Source: Myxococcales bacterium
GTDB taxonomy: Bacteria; Myxococcota_A; Polyangia; Fen-1088
Length of the DNA: 64,000 nt
Direction of reading: 5' to 3'
NCBI GenBank assembly: GCA_031423255.1
Contig: JANPFD010000236.1
Location: 171,180 to 235,179, forward strand
Positions 1-14,046 of the stretch are shown one piece after another. The translations under genes were made by a program, and so were the position numbers. The stretch's first letter is position 1, and each line of letters begins with the position of its first letter. The notes under the pieces were generated by a model, which saw nothing but the letters and a program-made list of their open reading frames with translations, made no database searches and was not told the origin of the DNA.

Positions 1-2
1 AG

Positions 3-1169
3 GTGGTGTACGACGGCGAGCACTTCTTCGACGGGTTCCGCGCCGATCGCGCCTATGCTCTGGCGACGCTGAAGGCCGCGGCCGATGCCGGCGCCGACTG
101 GATCACCTTGTGCGACACCAATGGCGGCTGCCTGCCGGGATTCGTCGCCGACGTCGTGAAGACCGTGCGCCAGACCGTCCCCACCCGCATCGGCATCCAC
201 ACCCACAACGACAGCGACGTGGCGGTGGCGAACGCGCTGGCCGCCGTCGAGGCCGGCGCCACCATGGTCCAGGGCACCATCAACGGCTGGGGCGAGCGTT
301 GCGGGAACTGCAACCTCATCTCGATCATTCCGGCGCTGCAGCTGAAGATGGACCTTCGCTGTGTTCCCGACGAGAGCGTGGCCCGTCTGACCGAGCTGTC
401 ACGCACGGTCAGCGAGATCGCCAACATCCGCCCGCGCGCCCACGCGCCCTACGTCGGCTCCTCGGCCTTCGCTCACAAGGGTGGCGCGCACGTGGCGGCC
501 GTCGAGAAGCTGACCTCCACCTACGAGCACGTGCCACCCGAGAAGGTCGGCAACCAGCGCAAGATCGTGGTATCCGAGCTGTCGGGCCGGGGCAACGTCC
601 GCCTGCGCGCCATCGAACTCGGCACCGACGCCCGCGGCCAGGAGAAGGAGATGGTGGCGCGGATCAAGGAGCTCGAGAGCCGCGGCTACCAGTTCGAGGC
701 GGCGGAGGGCTCCTTCGAGCTGCTGGTCCGCCGCACCAAGGCGGACTACGCGCCACCGTTCGAGTTGCTGGACGTGGTGGTGATCTCCGAGAAGCGCAGG
801 GGCAGCGAGATGTTCGTCGAGGCCACCGTCAAGGTGAAGGTCGGCAGCGACGTCGTTCACACCGTCGCCGAGGGCTCGGGCCCCGTCCACGCGCTCGATC
901 GCGCCTTCCACAAGGCCCTGGACCCGCACTTCCCGCTGCTGCAGCAGGTCCAGCTGTGCGACTTCAAGGTGCGCATCCTCGATCCCGAGGCCGCCACCGG
1001 GGCGAAGACCCGCGTGCTCATCGAGTCGTGCCTGGGCGCCGAGCGGTGGAGCACCATCGGCGTGTCGCCGAACATCATCGAGGCCAGCTGCGAGGCTCTC
1101 GCCGACGCGCTGGAGCTGCCGCTGGCGCGCGCGAAGCACGGCGCTCAGCGTGTCGCGGCCGGGAGCTGA
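3..1169 (+). CDS. Citramalate synthase / 2-isopropylmalate synthase family (CimA/LeuA2-type); 5' end truncated by the window edge
   Basis: HTHNDSDVAVANALAAVEAGATMVQGTINGWGERCGNC matches the DRE-TIM HMGL-like catalytic core. The C-terminal LeuA-dimer/regulatory domain is present. It lies directly upstream of leuCD. Confidence 0.8.
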   Translation: MVYDGEHFFDGFRADRAYALATLKAAADAGADWITLCDTNGGCLPGFVADVVKTVRQTVPTRIGIHTHNDSDVAVANALAAVEAGATMVQGTINGWGERCGNCNLISIIPALQLKMDLRCVPDESVARLTELSRTVSEIANIRPRAHAPYVGSSAFAHKGGAHVAAVEKLTSTYEHVPPEKVGNQRKIVVSELSGRGNVRLRAIELGTDARGQEKEMVARIKELESRGYQFEAAEGSFELLVRRTKADYAPPFELLDVVVISEKRRGSEMFVEATVKVKVGSDVVHTVAEGSGPVHALDRAFHKALDPHFPLLQQVQLCDFKVRILDPEAATGAKTRVLIESCLGAERWSTIGVSPNIIEASCEALADALELPLARAKHGAQRVAAGS

Positions 1170-1172
1170 AGC

Positions 1173-1400
1173 ATGCTACGCGTTCTGCTCGGGGCGGCCG
1201 TCATGATGGTCCTGGCGATCTTGCTGCTGAAGAACATGCGGGACAAGGCCCCCGTCGCCCCCGCCGATGTGAAGGCGGCAGGGGTCGACATCAAGATCAC
1301 CAACAAGGCTCAGGCACCGCAGCAGATGCAGCAGCACTTGAAGAGCATCGAGGATCAGAACCGGGCGATGATCGAGCGGGCGAGCAAGAACGCCCAGTAG
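1173..1400 (+). CDS. Small hypothetical membrane protein (one N-terminal TM helix)
   Basis: 75-aa ORF 4 nt after the cimA/leuA-like stop. It has a hydrophobic N-terminus (LLGAAVMMVLAILLL) and I recognise no homology. Confidence 0.3.
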   Translation: MLRVLLGAAVMMVLAILLLKNMRDKAPVAPADVKAAGVDIKITNKAQAPQQMQQHLKSIEDQNRAMIERASKNAQ

Positions 1401-1421
1401 CAAGATCGCGCTCCTGTTCCC

Positions 1422-2315
1422 CTAGACGCGGATGCGCCGCTCGGCCTTGCGGGCCTCGAGCACCAGCCCATCCAGGAACCGGCGCACCGGCACCGTGCGC
1501 TTGAGCGCGGGACGGAGCAACAGTCGCACCTCGAGGTCCGGCACCTCGGCGCGCTCCACCAGCACCCGCCGGCGATCCAGCCGCTCGACGGCGAGGCCGG
1601 GCACGAGGCCGATGCCCAGCCCCTGACCCACGTAGGAGAGCATCAAGGACACGCTCGGCAGATCGATGGTGGACAGCGGACGGATCCCGTGGCGGGCGAG
1701 GTAACCATCCAGCAGGCGGCGGCCCTGGCTTCCGGGCGCCAGACGCAGCAAAGGCTCGCGCGAAAGACGGGTGGCGAGCGGGACCGGGCGAACCTGACGG
1801 GGCGCGATCCAGACGAACGGCTGCCGCCCGAGCGGCATGTCACCCGGCCCCGCCTCGCGCTCCGAGCTGACGACGGCCAGATCCACCTGCCCCTCGGTCA
1901 GGAGCCGCGTCGCCTCGACGGAGTTGGTGGTGGCGATGTCGAAGCGCAACGGCGCTCGCTCGGCAAACAGACGGCGCATGACCGGCAACAGGAGCGCCTC
2001 GCCCAGGTAGTCGCTGGCCGCCACGCGCAAGGTCGTCCCACGGGAGCCCGCCAGTTCCTCGAGGAGTGTCTCCACCGTGCCAGCCTCGTCGAACAGACGC
2101 GTCAAGGCACCCAGCAGGGCCTCACCCGCCGGGCTCGGACGGACCCCCCGTCCCACTTTCTCGAACAGCGCCACGCCGTAGCGCGCCTCGATGCGGCGCA
2201 ACTGCTGCGACACGGCGGAAGGAGTCTTGTGCAGCCGGCGCGCCGCCTCACCCACCGACGAGGTCTGGGCCACCATCAGGGCGTCGTACAGGGCCGGAAT
2301 CAGGTGCGCGTCCAT
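1422..2315 (-). CDS. LysR-family transcriptional regulator
   Basis: N-terminal HTH ([27 protein letters not shown]) followed by a LysR substrate-binding fold. It is divergent from leuC. Confidence 0.85.
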   Translation of the reverse strand: MDAHLIPALYDALMVAQTSSVGEAARRLHKTPSAVSQQLRRIEARYGVALFEKVGRGVRPSPAGEALLGALTRLFDEAGTVETLLEELAGSRGTTLRVAASDYLGEALLLPVMRRLFAERAPLRFDIATTNSVEATRLLTEGQVDLAVVSSEREAGPGDMPLGRQPFVWIAPRQVRPVPLATRLSREPLLRLAPGSQGRRLLDGYLARHGIRPLSTIDLPSVSLMLSYVGQGLGIGLVPGLAVERLDRRRVLVERAEVPDLEVRLLLRPALKRTVPVRRFLDGLVLEARKAERRIRV

Positions 2316-2393
2316 TGTTTAGTAAAACTTAACGAATGGCGCAGCGTTTGTCACTGGACCGGCGTCCTCGACGGCAGCCATAGTCCACGGGCC

Positions 2394-3803
<1,410 letters not shown>

Positions 3804-3805
3804 CC

Positions 3806-4378
3806 ATGGAACCGATTCGCACGTTCGCTTCGAAGACCATCGTCCTGCCGATCGACAACGTCGACACCGATCAGATCATCCCCGCCCGGTTCCTGAAGGT
3901 GACGTCCAAGGTCGGCATCGGCAAGCACCTGTTCGCGGACTGGCGCTACGACGCCGCCGGCACCCCGAAGGCCGACTTCGTGCTGAACAAGCCCGAGGCC
4001 CAAGGGGCGCAGGTGCTGGTGGCCGGTGACAACTTCGGTTGCGGCTCGTCGCGCGAGCACGCGCCGTGGGCGCTGGTCGACCACGGCTTTCGCGCCATCA
4101 TCAGCACCACCATCGCCGACATCTTTCGCAACAACGCGCTCAAGAACGGCCTCCTTCCGATCGTCGTGGACGCGGCGACGCACAAGAAACTGCTAGCGGC
4201 TCCCGGTGCGCAGGTCTCGGTGTCGCTGCAGGACCAGATGCTGACCCTGCCCGACGGCGGCGCCATCCCGTTCACGATCGACCCCTTCGCGCGCTACTGC
4301 CTGCTCAACGGCATGGACGAACTGGACTTCCTGCTGTCGCACGACGAAGCGATCAAGCAGTTCGAAGCGAAGATGTAA
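3806..4378 (+). CDS. leuD: 3-isopropylmalate dehydratase small subunit
   Basis: Aconitase swivel domain. The ATG at 3806 is 2 nt after the leuC stop, which fits the usual leuCD tandem. Confidence 0.9.
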   Translation: MEPIRTFASKTIVLPIDNVDTDQIIPARFLKVTSKVGIGKHLFADWRYDAAGTPKADFVLNKPEAQGAQVLVAGDNFGCGSSREHAPWALVDHGFRAIISTTIADIFRNNALKNGLLPIVVDAATHKKLLAAPGAQVSVSLQDQMLTLPDGGAIPFTIDPFARYCLLNGMDELDFLLSHDEAIKQFEAKM

Positions 4379-5851
4379 CTAGGTCAGAACCGTCTCGCCC
4401 ATCAGGTAGCGGTCGACCCCGCGAGCCGCCTGCCGCCCCTCGGCGATTGCCCACACGATCAACGACTGCCCCCGCCGCATGTCGCCTGCGGCGAACACGC
4501 CCGGGACGCTCGACATCTTGCTCTCGTCGGTCTCGACGTTGCCGCGCGGATCCAGCTTCACCGCCAGGTCGGCCAGCAGCCCCTGCCGCTCCGGCCCCAG
4601 GAAACCCATGGCCAGCAGCACCAGCGTCGCCGGCAGCTCGCGCTCGGTGCCAGGCACCTCCTCGAACTTGCCGCCCGCGCCGCGCTTGATGGTGACGATC
4701 TGCAACGCCCGCACGTTTCCCTGCGCGTCGCCGAGGAGACGCTTGGTCGATACGGCGTACTGGCGCGGGTCGCCGCCGAATTTCGCGGCGGCCTCCTCCT
4801 GGCCATAGTCCAGCTTGTAGACCTTGGGCCACTGCGGCCAGGGGTTGTCCGCCGCACGGTCGTCGGGCGGCCGCGGCAGGATCTCCAGTTGCACCAGGCT
4901 CTTGCAGCCGTGGCGCATCGACGTGCCGACGCAATCGGTGCCGGTGTCGCCGCCGCCGATCACGATCACGTGCTGATCCTTGGCCGAGATGAACTTGCCA
5001 TCGGCGAAGTTGGTGTCCAGCAGGCTCTTGGCCGACAGGGTCAGGAACTCCATGGCGAAGTGGACGCCCTCGAGGTTTCGCCCCTCGACGCCGAGATCAC
5101 GCGCCCAGGTGGCGCCGCCCGCGAGCACGGTGGCGTCGAACTCGGACTTCAGCTTCGCCGTCGCGTAGTTCTTGCCCACCTCGGTGTTGGCGACGAACTT
5201 GATGCCCTCTTCCGACATGATCTTCACCCGCCGGTCCACCAGCGACTTTTCCAGTTTCATGGGCGGGATGCCGTAGGTGAGGAGGCCGCCGATGCGGTCG
5301 GCGCGCTCGAACACCGTCACGGTGTGGCCCGCCTTGTTCAGCTCGGCGGCCGCCGCGAGGCCCGCGGGCCCCGAGCCAATCACCGCTACCTTCTTGCCCG
5401 TGCGCACCTTCGGGGGCTCCGCGACGATCCAGCCCTCCTCGAACCCCTTGTCGACGATGGCGCACTCGATGCTCTTGATGGTGACGGCCGGAGCGTTGAT
5501 GCCGAGCACGCACGATCCCTCGCACGGCGCGGGACAGACCCGCCCGGTGAACTCGGGAAAGTTGTTGGTCTTGTGCAGGCGATCCAGGGCCTCGCGCCAG
5601 CGCCCGCGGAAAACCAGATCGTTCCACTCGGGGATCAGGTTGTTGAGCGGGCAGCCGGTGGTCAGCCCCTCCAGGATCTTGCCGGTGTGGCAGAATGGCA
5701 CGCCGCAATCCATGCAACGGGCGCCCTGCTCGCGCAGCGTCCCGTCAGGGAGGTGTTCGTGGAACTCGCTCCAGTCGGCGATCCGCTCTCGCGGGTTGCG
5801 CCAGTTCGGCGCGTGACGCGGATATTCGATGAAGCCCGTCGGCTTTCCCAT
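4379..5851 (-). CDS. gltD: Glutamate synthase (NADPH) small subunit
   Basis: Fe-S cysteine clusters plus two Rossmann folds (VAVIGSGPAGLAAA, VIVIGGGDTGTDC). It lies downstream of gltB on the same strand. Confidence 0.9.
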   Translation of the reverse strand: MGKPTGFIEYPRHAPNWRNPRERIADWSEFHEHLPDGTLREQGARCMDCGVPFCHTGKILEGLTTGCPLNNLIPEWNDLVFRGRWREALDRLHKTNNFPEFTGRVCPAPCEGSCVLGINAPAVTIKSIECAIVDKGFEEGWIVAEPPKVRTGKKVAVIGSGPAGLAAAAELNKAGHTVTVFERADRIGGLLTYGIPPMKLEKSLVDRRVKIMSEEGIKFVANTEVGKNYATAKLKSEFDATVLAGGATWARDLGVEGRNLEGVHFAMEFLTLSAKSLLDTNFADGKFISAKDQHVIVIGGGDTGTDCVGTSMRHGCKSLVQLEILPRPPDDRAADNPWPQWPKVYKLDYGQEEAAAKFGGDPRQYAVSTKRLLGDAQGNVRALQIVTIKRGAGGKFEEVPGTERELPATLVLLAMGFLGPERQGLLADLAVKLDPRGNVETDESKMSSVPGVFAAGDMRRGQSLIVWAIAEGRQAARGVDRYLMGETVLT

Positions 5852-5866
5852 TTTCTCTATGACTTC

Positions 5867-10474
<4,608 letters not shown>

Positions 10475-10669
10475 TTGGAACCCGGCAGGCTAGCACCCCC
10501 CTTTCGGCAGGTAAATCACCTCCTACCCGGAGGCCTGCCAATTACCCCCACGTATACGTTCTGGAAACATGAGAGATACATTTGTATCCAACATCATAGA
10601 AACATTAGAATAAGCTTTGTATGCGTAATAACTATTGATTTCTTTGTCGTGTTCGTGTGTTTCTAATGT
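10475..10669. promoter_or_regulatory. AT-rich divergent intergenic region between gltB and the OmpR-family regulator; probable promoter/operator region
   Basis: About 195 nt that are strikingly AT-rich (e.g. catttgtatccaacatcatagaaacattagaataagctttgtatgcgtaataactattgatttc) in an otherwise roughly 70% GC window. It is flanked by two divergent start codons. Confidence 0.5.
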
Positions 10670-11359
10670 ATGCGCGCCGTCGTGGTCATGTCCCGTCCAC
10701 AACTTGGAGCCTCTGAACCGGACTCCCCGGCGGCTGCTCTTCGTGAACTGGGCTGCGACATCGTGGCGGTCGGTTACGACCTGGATGACCTGCCGGACGA
10801 CATCGAGCAGAGCCGGCCATCGGTGGTGGTCGTGGACGCTGGCGCGCACCTGGAAGTTGGGCGCGCTGCGGTCAAGCGGGTGCGACAGGTCAGCTCTCTC
10901 ACCGACATCCCCATACTCCTGTGCATCGAGGTCTCGCGGCTACCCGCCCTGGACCCGGAACTGGGGGTGGACGACTTCGTGCTGTCGCCTATCGTCGGAC
11001 CAGAGCTCTACGCGCGGGTCCGCCAGCTCGACTGGCGCCTGTCGTCGTTCCGGGCAGCGGGGCGGATCAAACTGGGCGACCTGATGATCGACACGACCGC
11101 CGTGGAGGTGACCTACCGTGGCCGCCAGCTGAAGCTGCCGCGGCAGGAGTTCCAGCTCTTGAAGTTCCTGGCCGCCGGCGCCGGCCGGGTCTTCACGCGC
11201 GAGCAGCTCCTCTCGCGCGTCTGGGGCTACCGCTACACCGGAAACACGCGCACCGTCGACATCCACGTGCGCCGCCTGCGCGCCAAGCTCGGCTCCGGCG
11301 GCGACATGATCGAGACCGTCCGCCACGTCGGGTATAAGATGCGCGCACCGGGGCAATAA
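10670..11359 (+). CDS. OmpR-family (winged-helix) response-regulator-like protein with an atypical, degenerate receiver domain
   Basis: C-terminal trans_reg_C region (LKLPRQEFQLLKFLAAGAGRVFTREQLLSRVWGYRY...VDIHVRRLRAKL). The N-terminal REC-like fold keeps a candidate acceptor Asp (VVVVDAG) but lacks the acidic pair, the conserved Thr and the conserved Lys (VDDFVLSP). Confidence 0.8.
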   Translation: MRAVVVMSRPQLGASEPDSPAAALRELGCDIVAVGYDLDDLPDDIEQSRPSVVVVDAGAHLEVGRAAVKRVRQVSSLTDIPILLCIEVSRLPALDPELGVDDFVLSPIVGPELYARVRQLDWRLSSFRAAGRIKLGDLMIDTTAVEVTYRGRQLKLPRQEFQLLKFLAAGAGRVFTREQLLSRVWGYRYTGNTRTVDIHVRRLRAKLGSGGDMIETVRHVGYKMRAPGQ

Positions 11360-11394
11360 CCACGTCGGGCGAAGACACTCCCCATCACCGCGTC

Positions 11395-11461
11395 GGGCGA
11401 AGGCGAGCTTCGCTCGCCGCAGCCCATCGCGGGAGGGTTTGGGAACCCTCCCAGGGTTCCC
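11395..11461. promoter_or_regulatory. Cluster of stem-loops upstream of pheA
   Basis: GGCGAGC-TTC-GCTCGCC at 11402-11418. Overlapping inverted repeats GGGAGGG..CCCTCCC (11431-11452) and GGGAACCCT/AGGGTTCCC (11441-11461) lie immediately before the pheA start. Confidence 0.3.
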
Positions 11462-11468
11462 ATCAAAA

Positions 11469-12290
11469 ATGAAAGCGTCTTTTCAAGGTGAGCGGGGCGC
11501 GTTCAGCGAGGAGGCGGCGAGGAAGATCCTCGGCCCCTCCGTCGAGACCCTGCCGCAGCGCAGCTTCGAGGAAATGTTCCGCGCCGTGGTGTCGGGCGCC
11601 GCCGACTGCGCGCTGACGCCGATCGAGAACACACTCGCCGGGTCGGTGATCCGCAACTACGACCTCCTGCTCGAACACGATCTCACCATCGTGGGCGAGG
11701 TGGTGCTGAAGGTGGTGCACAACCTGATCGCTCCGCCGGGCGTGACCTTGCAGCAGATCGCACGCGTCTACTCGCACCCGGTGGCGCTGGCCCAGTGCGA
11801 GCGCTTCTTCGCGTCCCACCCGCAGATGGAGGTGGTGCCCGCGTACGACACGGCAGGCGCCGTGAAGATGATCATGGCGGGCGGCAAGCGCGACGAGGCC
11901 GCGGTGGCGGCGGCGGCGGCGGCCGGGACCTACGGTGCCCAGATCCTGGCGGCTGGCATCGAGAGCAATCCGCAGAACTTCACCCGCTTCTTCGTGCTGG
12001 CGCGGGCCGATCGCGCGGCCGGGTTCGCGCTGTCGGGCGGTGAGCGCAAGACCAGCATCGTCTTCCGCATCGGCAACACGCCGGGCGCCCTCTACCAGGC
12101 GCTCGCGGCCTTCGCCGAGGAGAAGGTCGATCTCACCAAGATCGAATCGCGGCCGATCGAAGGGCGGCCCTGGGAGTATTCGTTCTACCTGGACTTCATC
12201 GGCGACCGGACCGTCAAGGCTCTCGGGCGCCTCGAGACCCTGGCCGAGAGCCTGCGCGTCCTCGGCTCGTACCCCAGAGCCGACGTGTAG
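11469..12290 (+). CDS. pheA: Prephenate dehydratase (PDT + ACT domains, no chorismate mutase domain)
   Basis: PDT motifs (FQGERGAFSEEAA, TRF) and a C-terminal ACT domain (ESRP..PWEY). The ATG at 11469 fits homology; the ORF-track start at 11439 is an alternative. Confidence 0.85.
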   Translation: MKASFQGERGAFSEEAARKILGPSVETLPQRSFEEMFRAVVSGAADCALTPIENTLAGSVIRNYDLLLEHDLTIVGEVVLKVVHNLIAPPGVTLQQIARVYSHPVALAQCERFFASHPQMEVVPAYDTAGAVKMIMAGGKRDEAAVAAAAAAGTYGAQILAAGIESNPQNFTRFFVLARADRAAGFALSGGERKTSIVFRIGNTPGALYQALAAFAEEKVDLTKIESRPIEGRPWEYSFYLDFIGDRTVKALGRLETLAESLRVLGSYPRADV

Positions 12291-12338
12291 GTCCCGCCCC
12301 CTCAAGGGAAACGGCCCCGGCTCCGATGAAAGGGGCTG

Positions 12339-13115
12339 GTGCTGAAACATTCCTTGGCCTTGATCGCGCTCCTCGCCTCGTGCCAGGCCAGCCGCGACAC
12401 GTACACGGTACCGATATACGACGCCGGCATGTTCGCCCCCCCGCCGGGCCGGATCGTCTCGGGAGACGCGGGCACGGGCGATGGCAGCGGGGACGGATGG
12501 TCCCCGATCGGCATCGGGGGAACCGGAACCGGGCTGCCGACGTGCACGAAGAACGACCAGGCGAGCTGCTGTTACGACGGGGTGAAGTTCTCCGGGACCC
12601 CGAAGTGCGCCTGGAGGCGGATGGGCGTAGGTCAGTCGATCACCATAACCACCGCCTTCCGGGGCCGCACCACGGAGAAGGTGACCCTGCCGGCGCCGCT
12701 CACCCTGACGAACGTGTCACCCGAGCGGTACGAGTCCCAGAACAGCTGCGACAAGTCGGACCTGGGCTGGACCCTCTCCGGCGCGGGCCTGAAGGAGGCG
12801 CAGCGAGGGACGACGATCTCCGAGTTCACCATCGACTCCTTCGGGGCCTGGCGCGGCGAGGGTGGCGGGGCCACCTTCGGGCTGGTGGCCGGGATGGACA
12901 GCGACCTCAGCCGGCAGCGAGACGGCGCGGTGGGCGGGCCGAGCTTCACCATGCACCCGAGTCTGTGTGGTGAGCGCACCGTCGGACGCAAGCTGGTCGT
13001 CCTGTTCACCGAGATCTGGTTCACCATGAACGGGGTCGACTACGAGGCGCGGTTCCACCAGAGCTCGGAATCGGGCAACACCGCCTACTACACCGTCATC
13101 GACCGCGCGTATTAG
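12339..13115 (+). CDS. Hypothetical lipoprotein (signal peptide with lipobox LASC)
   Basis: N-terminal [17 protein letters not shown] is followed by a Cys-containing secreted domain. I recognise no family. Confidence 0.5.
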   Translation: MLKHSLALIALLASCQASRDTYTVPIYDAGMFAPPPGRIVSGDAGTGDGSGDGWSPIGIGGTGTGLPTCTKNDQASCCYDGVKFSGTPKCAWRRMGVGQSITITTAFRGRTTEKVTLPAPLTLTNVSPERYESQNSCDKSDLGWTLSGAGLKEAQRGTTISEFTIDSFGAWRGEGGGATFGLVAGMDSDLSRQRDGAVGGPSFTMHPSLCGERTVGRKLVVLFTEIWFTMNGVDYEARFHQSSESGNTAYYTVIDRAY

Positions 13116-13126
13116 TATGCGCGGTC

Positions 13127-14032
13127 ATGCTGACCATCGACCTTTCGGGTAAACGCGCGCTGGTGGCCGGCGTGGCCGACGACGGCGGGTTCGGATTCGC
13201 CATCGCCAAGGCGCTGGCCGAGGCGGGCGCATCCGTCTGCGTGGGGACCTGGCCGCCGGCGCTGGGGATCTTCAAGACCATGCTCGACCGCGGCAAGCTG
13301 GATGCGTCGCTGCCCCTGTCCTCGGGGGGCAAGCTGGCCTTCGAGCGCATCTACCCGCTGGACGCCGACTACGACCTGCTGGCGGACGTGCCCGCCGAGG
13401 TGCGCGAGAACAAGCGCTACCGCGACGCCGGTGACTTCACCATCCAGGGACTTGCCGATCGGCTACGCGCCGACTTCGGTGAGCAGGCCGTGGACATCGT
13501 GGTGCACAGCCTGGCCAACGGGCCCGAGGTGCGAAAGCCGTTGATCGAGACCAGCCGCAAAGGGTACCTGGCGGCGGTGGGCGTGAGCGCCTACTCGTAC
13601 GCCTCGATGGTGCAGCGGCTGGGGCCGCTGGTGCGCAAGGGTGGATCTTTCCTGGCACTGACGTACATGGCGTCTGAACGGGTGGTGCCGGGATACGGCG
13701 GAGGAATGTCGTCGGCCAAGGCGGCGCTCGAGAGCGACACACGCGTGCTGGCCTATGAAGCGGGACGCAAGTGGGGGCACCGGGTGAACGTCATCTCCGC
13801 CGGACCGTGGGGCTCGCGCGCCGCCTCCGCCATCGGCTTCATCGGCAAGATGATCGACTACTGCAAGGCGAACTCACCGCTGCCCGAGGCGATCACCGCG
13901 ACGGAGGTAGGCGCCACCGCGGCCTTTCTCGCGAGCCCTCTCGGCGCGGGGATCACCGGCGCCACGGTCTACGTCGACAAGGGCTATCACGCCATGGGCG
14001 TGGCCGTGGATTCCCCGCTCTTGCAGGGCTAA
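13127..14032 (+). CDS. fabI: Enoyl-[acyl-carrier-protein] reductase, plant/chlamydial-type FabI
   Basis: Near-colinear similarity to plastid-type enoyl-ACP reductase ([55 protein letters not shown]). Confidence 0.8.
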   Translation: MLTIDLSGKRALVAGVADDGGFGFAIAKALAEAGASVCVGTWPPALGIFKTMLDRGKLDASLPLSSGGKLAFERIYPLDADYDLLADVPAEVRENKRYRDAGDFTIQGLADRLRADFGEQAVDIVVHSLANGPEVRKPLIETSRKGYLAAVGVSAYSYASMVQRLGPLVRKGGSFLALTYMASERVVPGYGGGMSSAKAALESDTRVLAYEAGRKWGHRVNVISAGPWGSRAASAIGFIGKMIDYCKANSPLPEAITATEVGATAAFLASPLGAGITGATVYVDKGYHAMGVAVDSPLLQG

Positions 14033-14046
14033 GCTCACCGACGGAA

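Noticed and set aside
110-1504. 464-aa ORF in an alternative plus-strand frame
   Set aside because: It is out of frame within the clearly homologous cimA/leuA-like gene, and its translation is poly-Arg/Gly.
1689-2393. N-terminal 235-aa extension of the leuC ORF
   Set aside because: The extension overlaps the divergent LysR gene in antisense. LeuC homology begins at [13 protein letters not shown] (ATG 2394).
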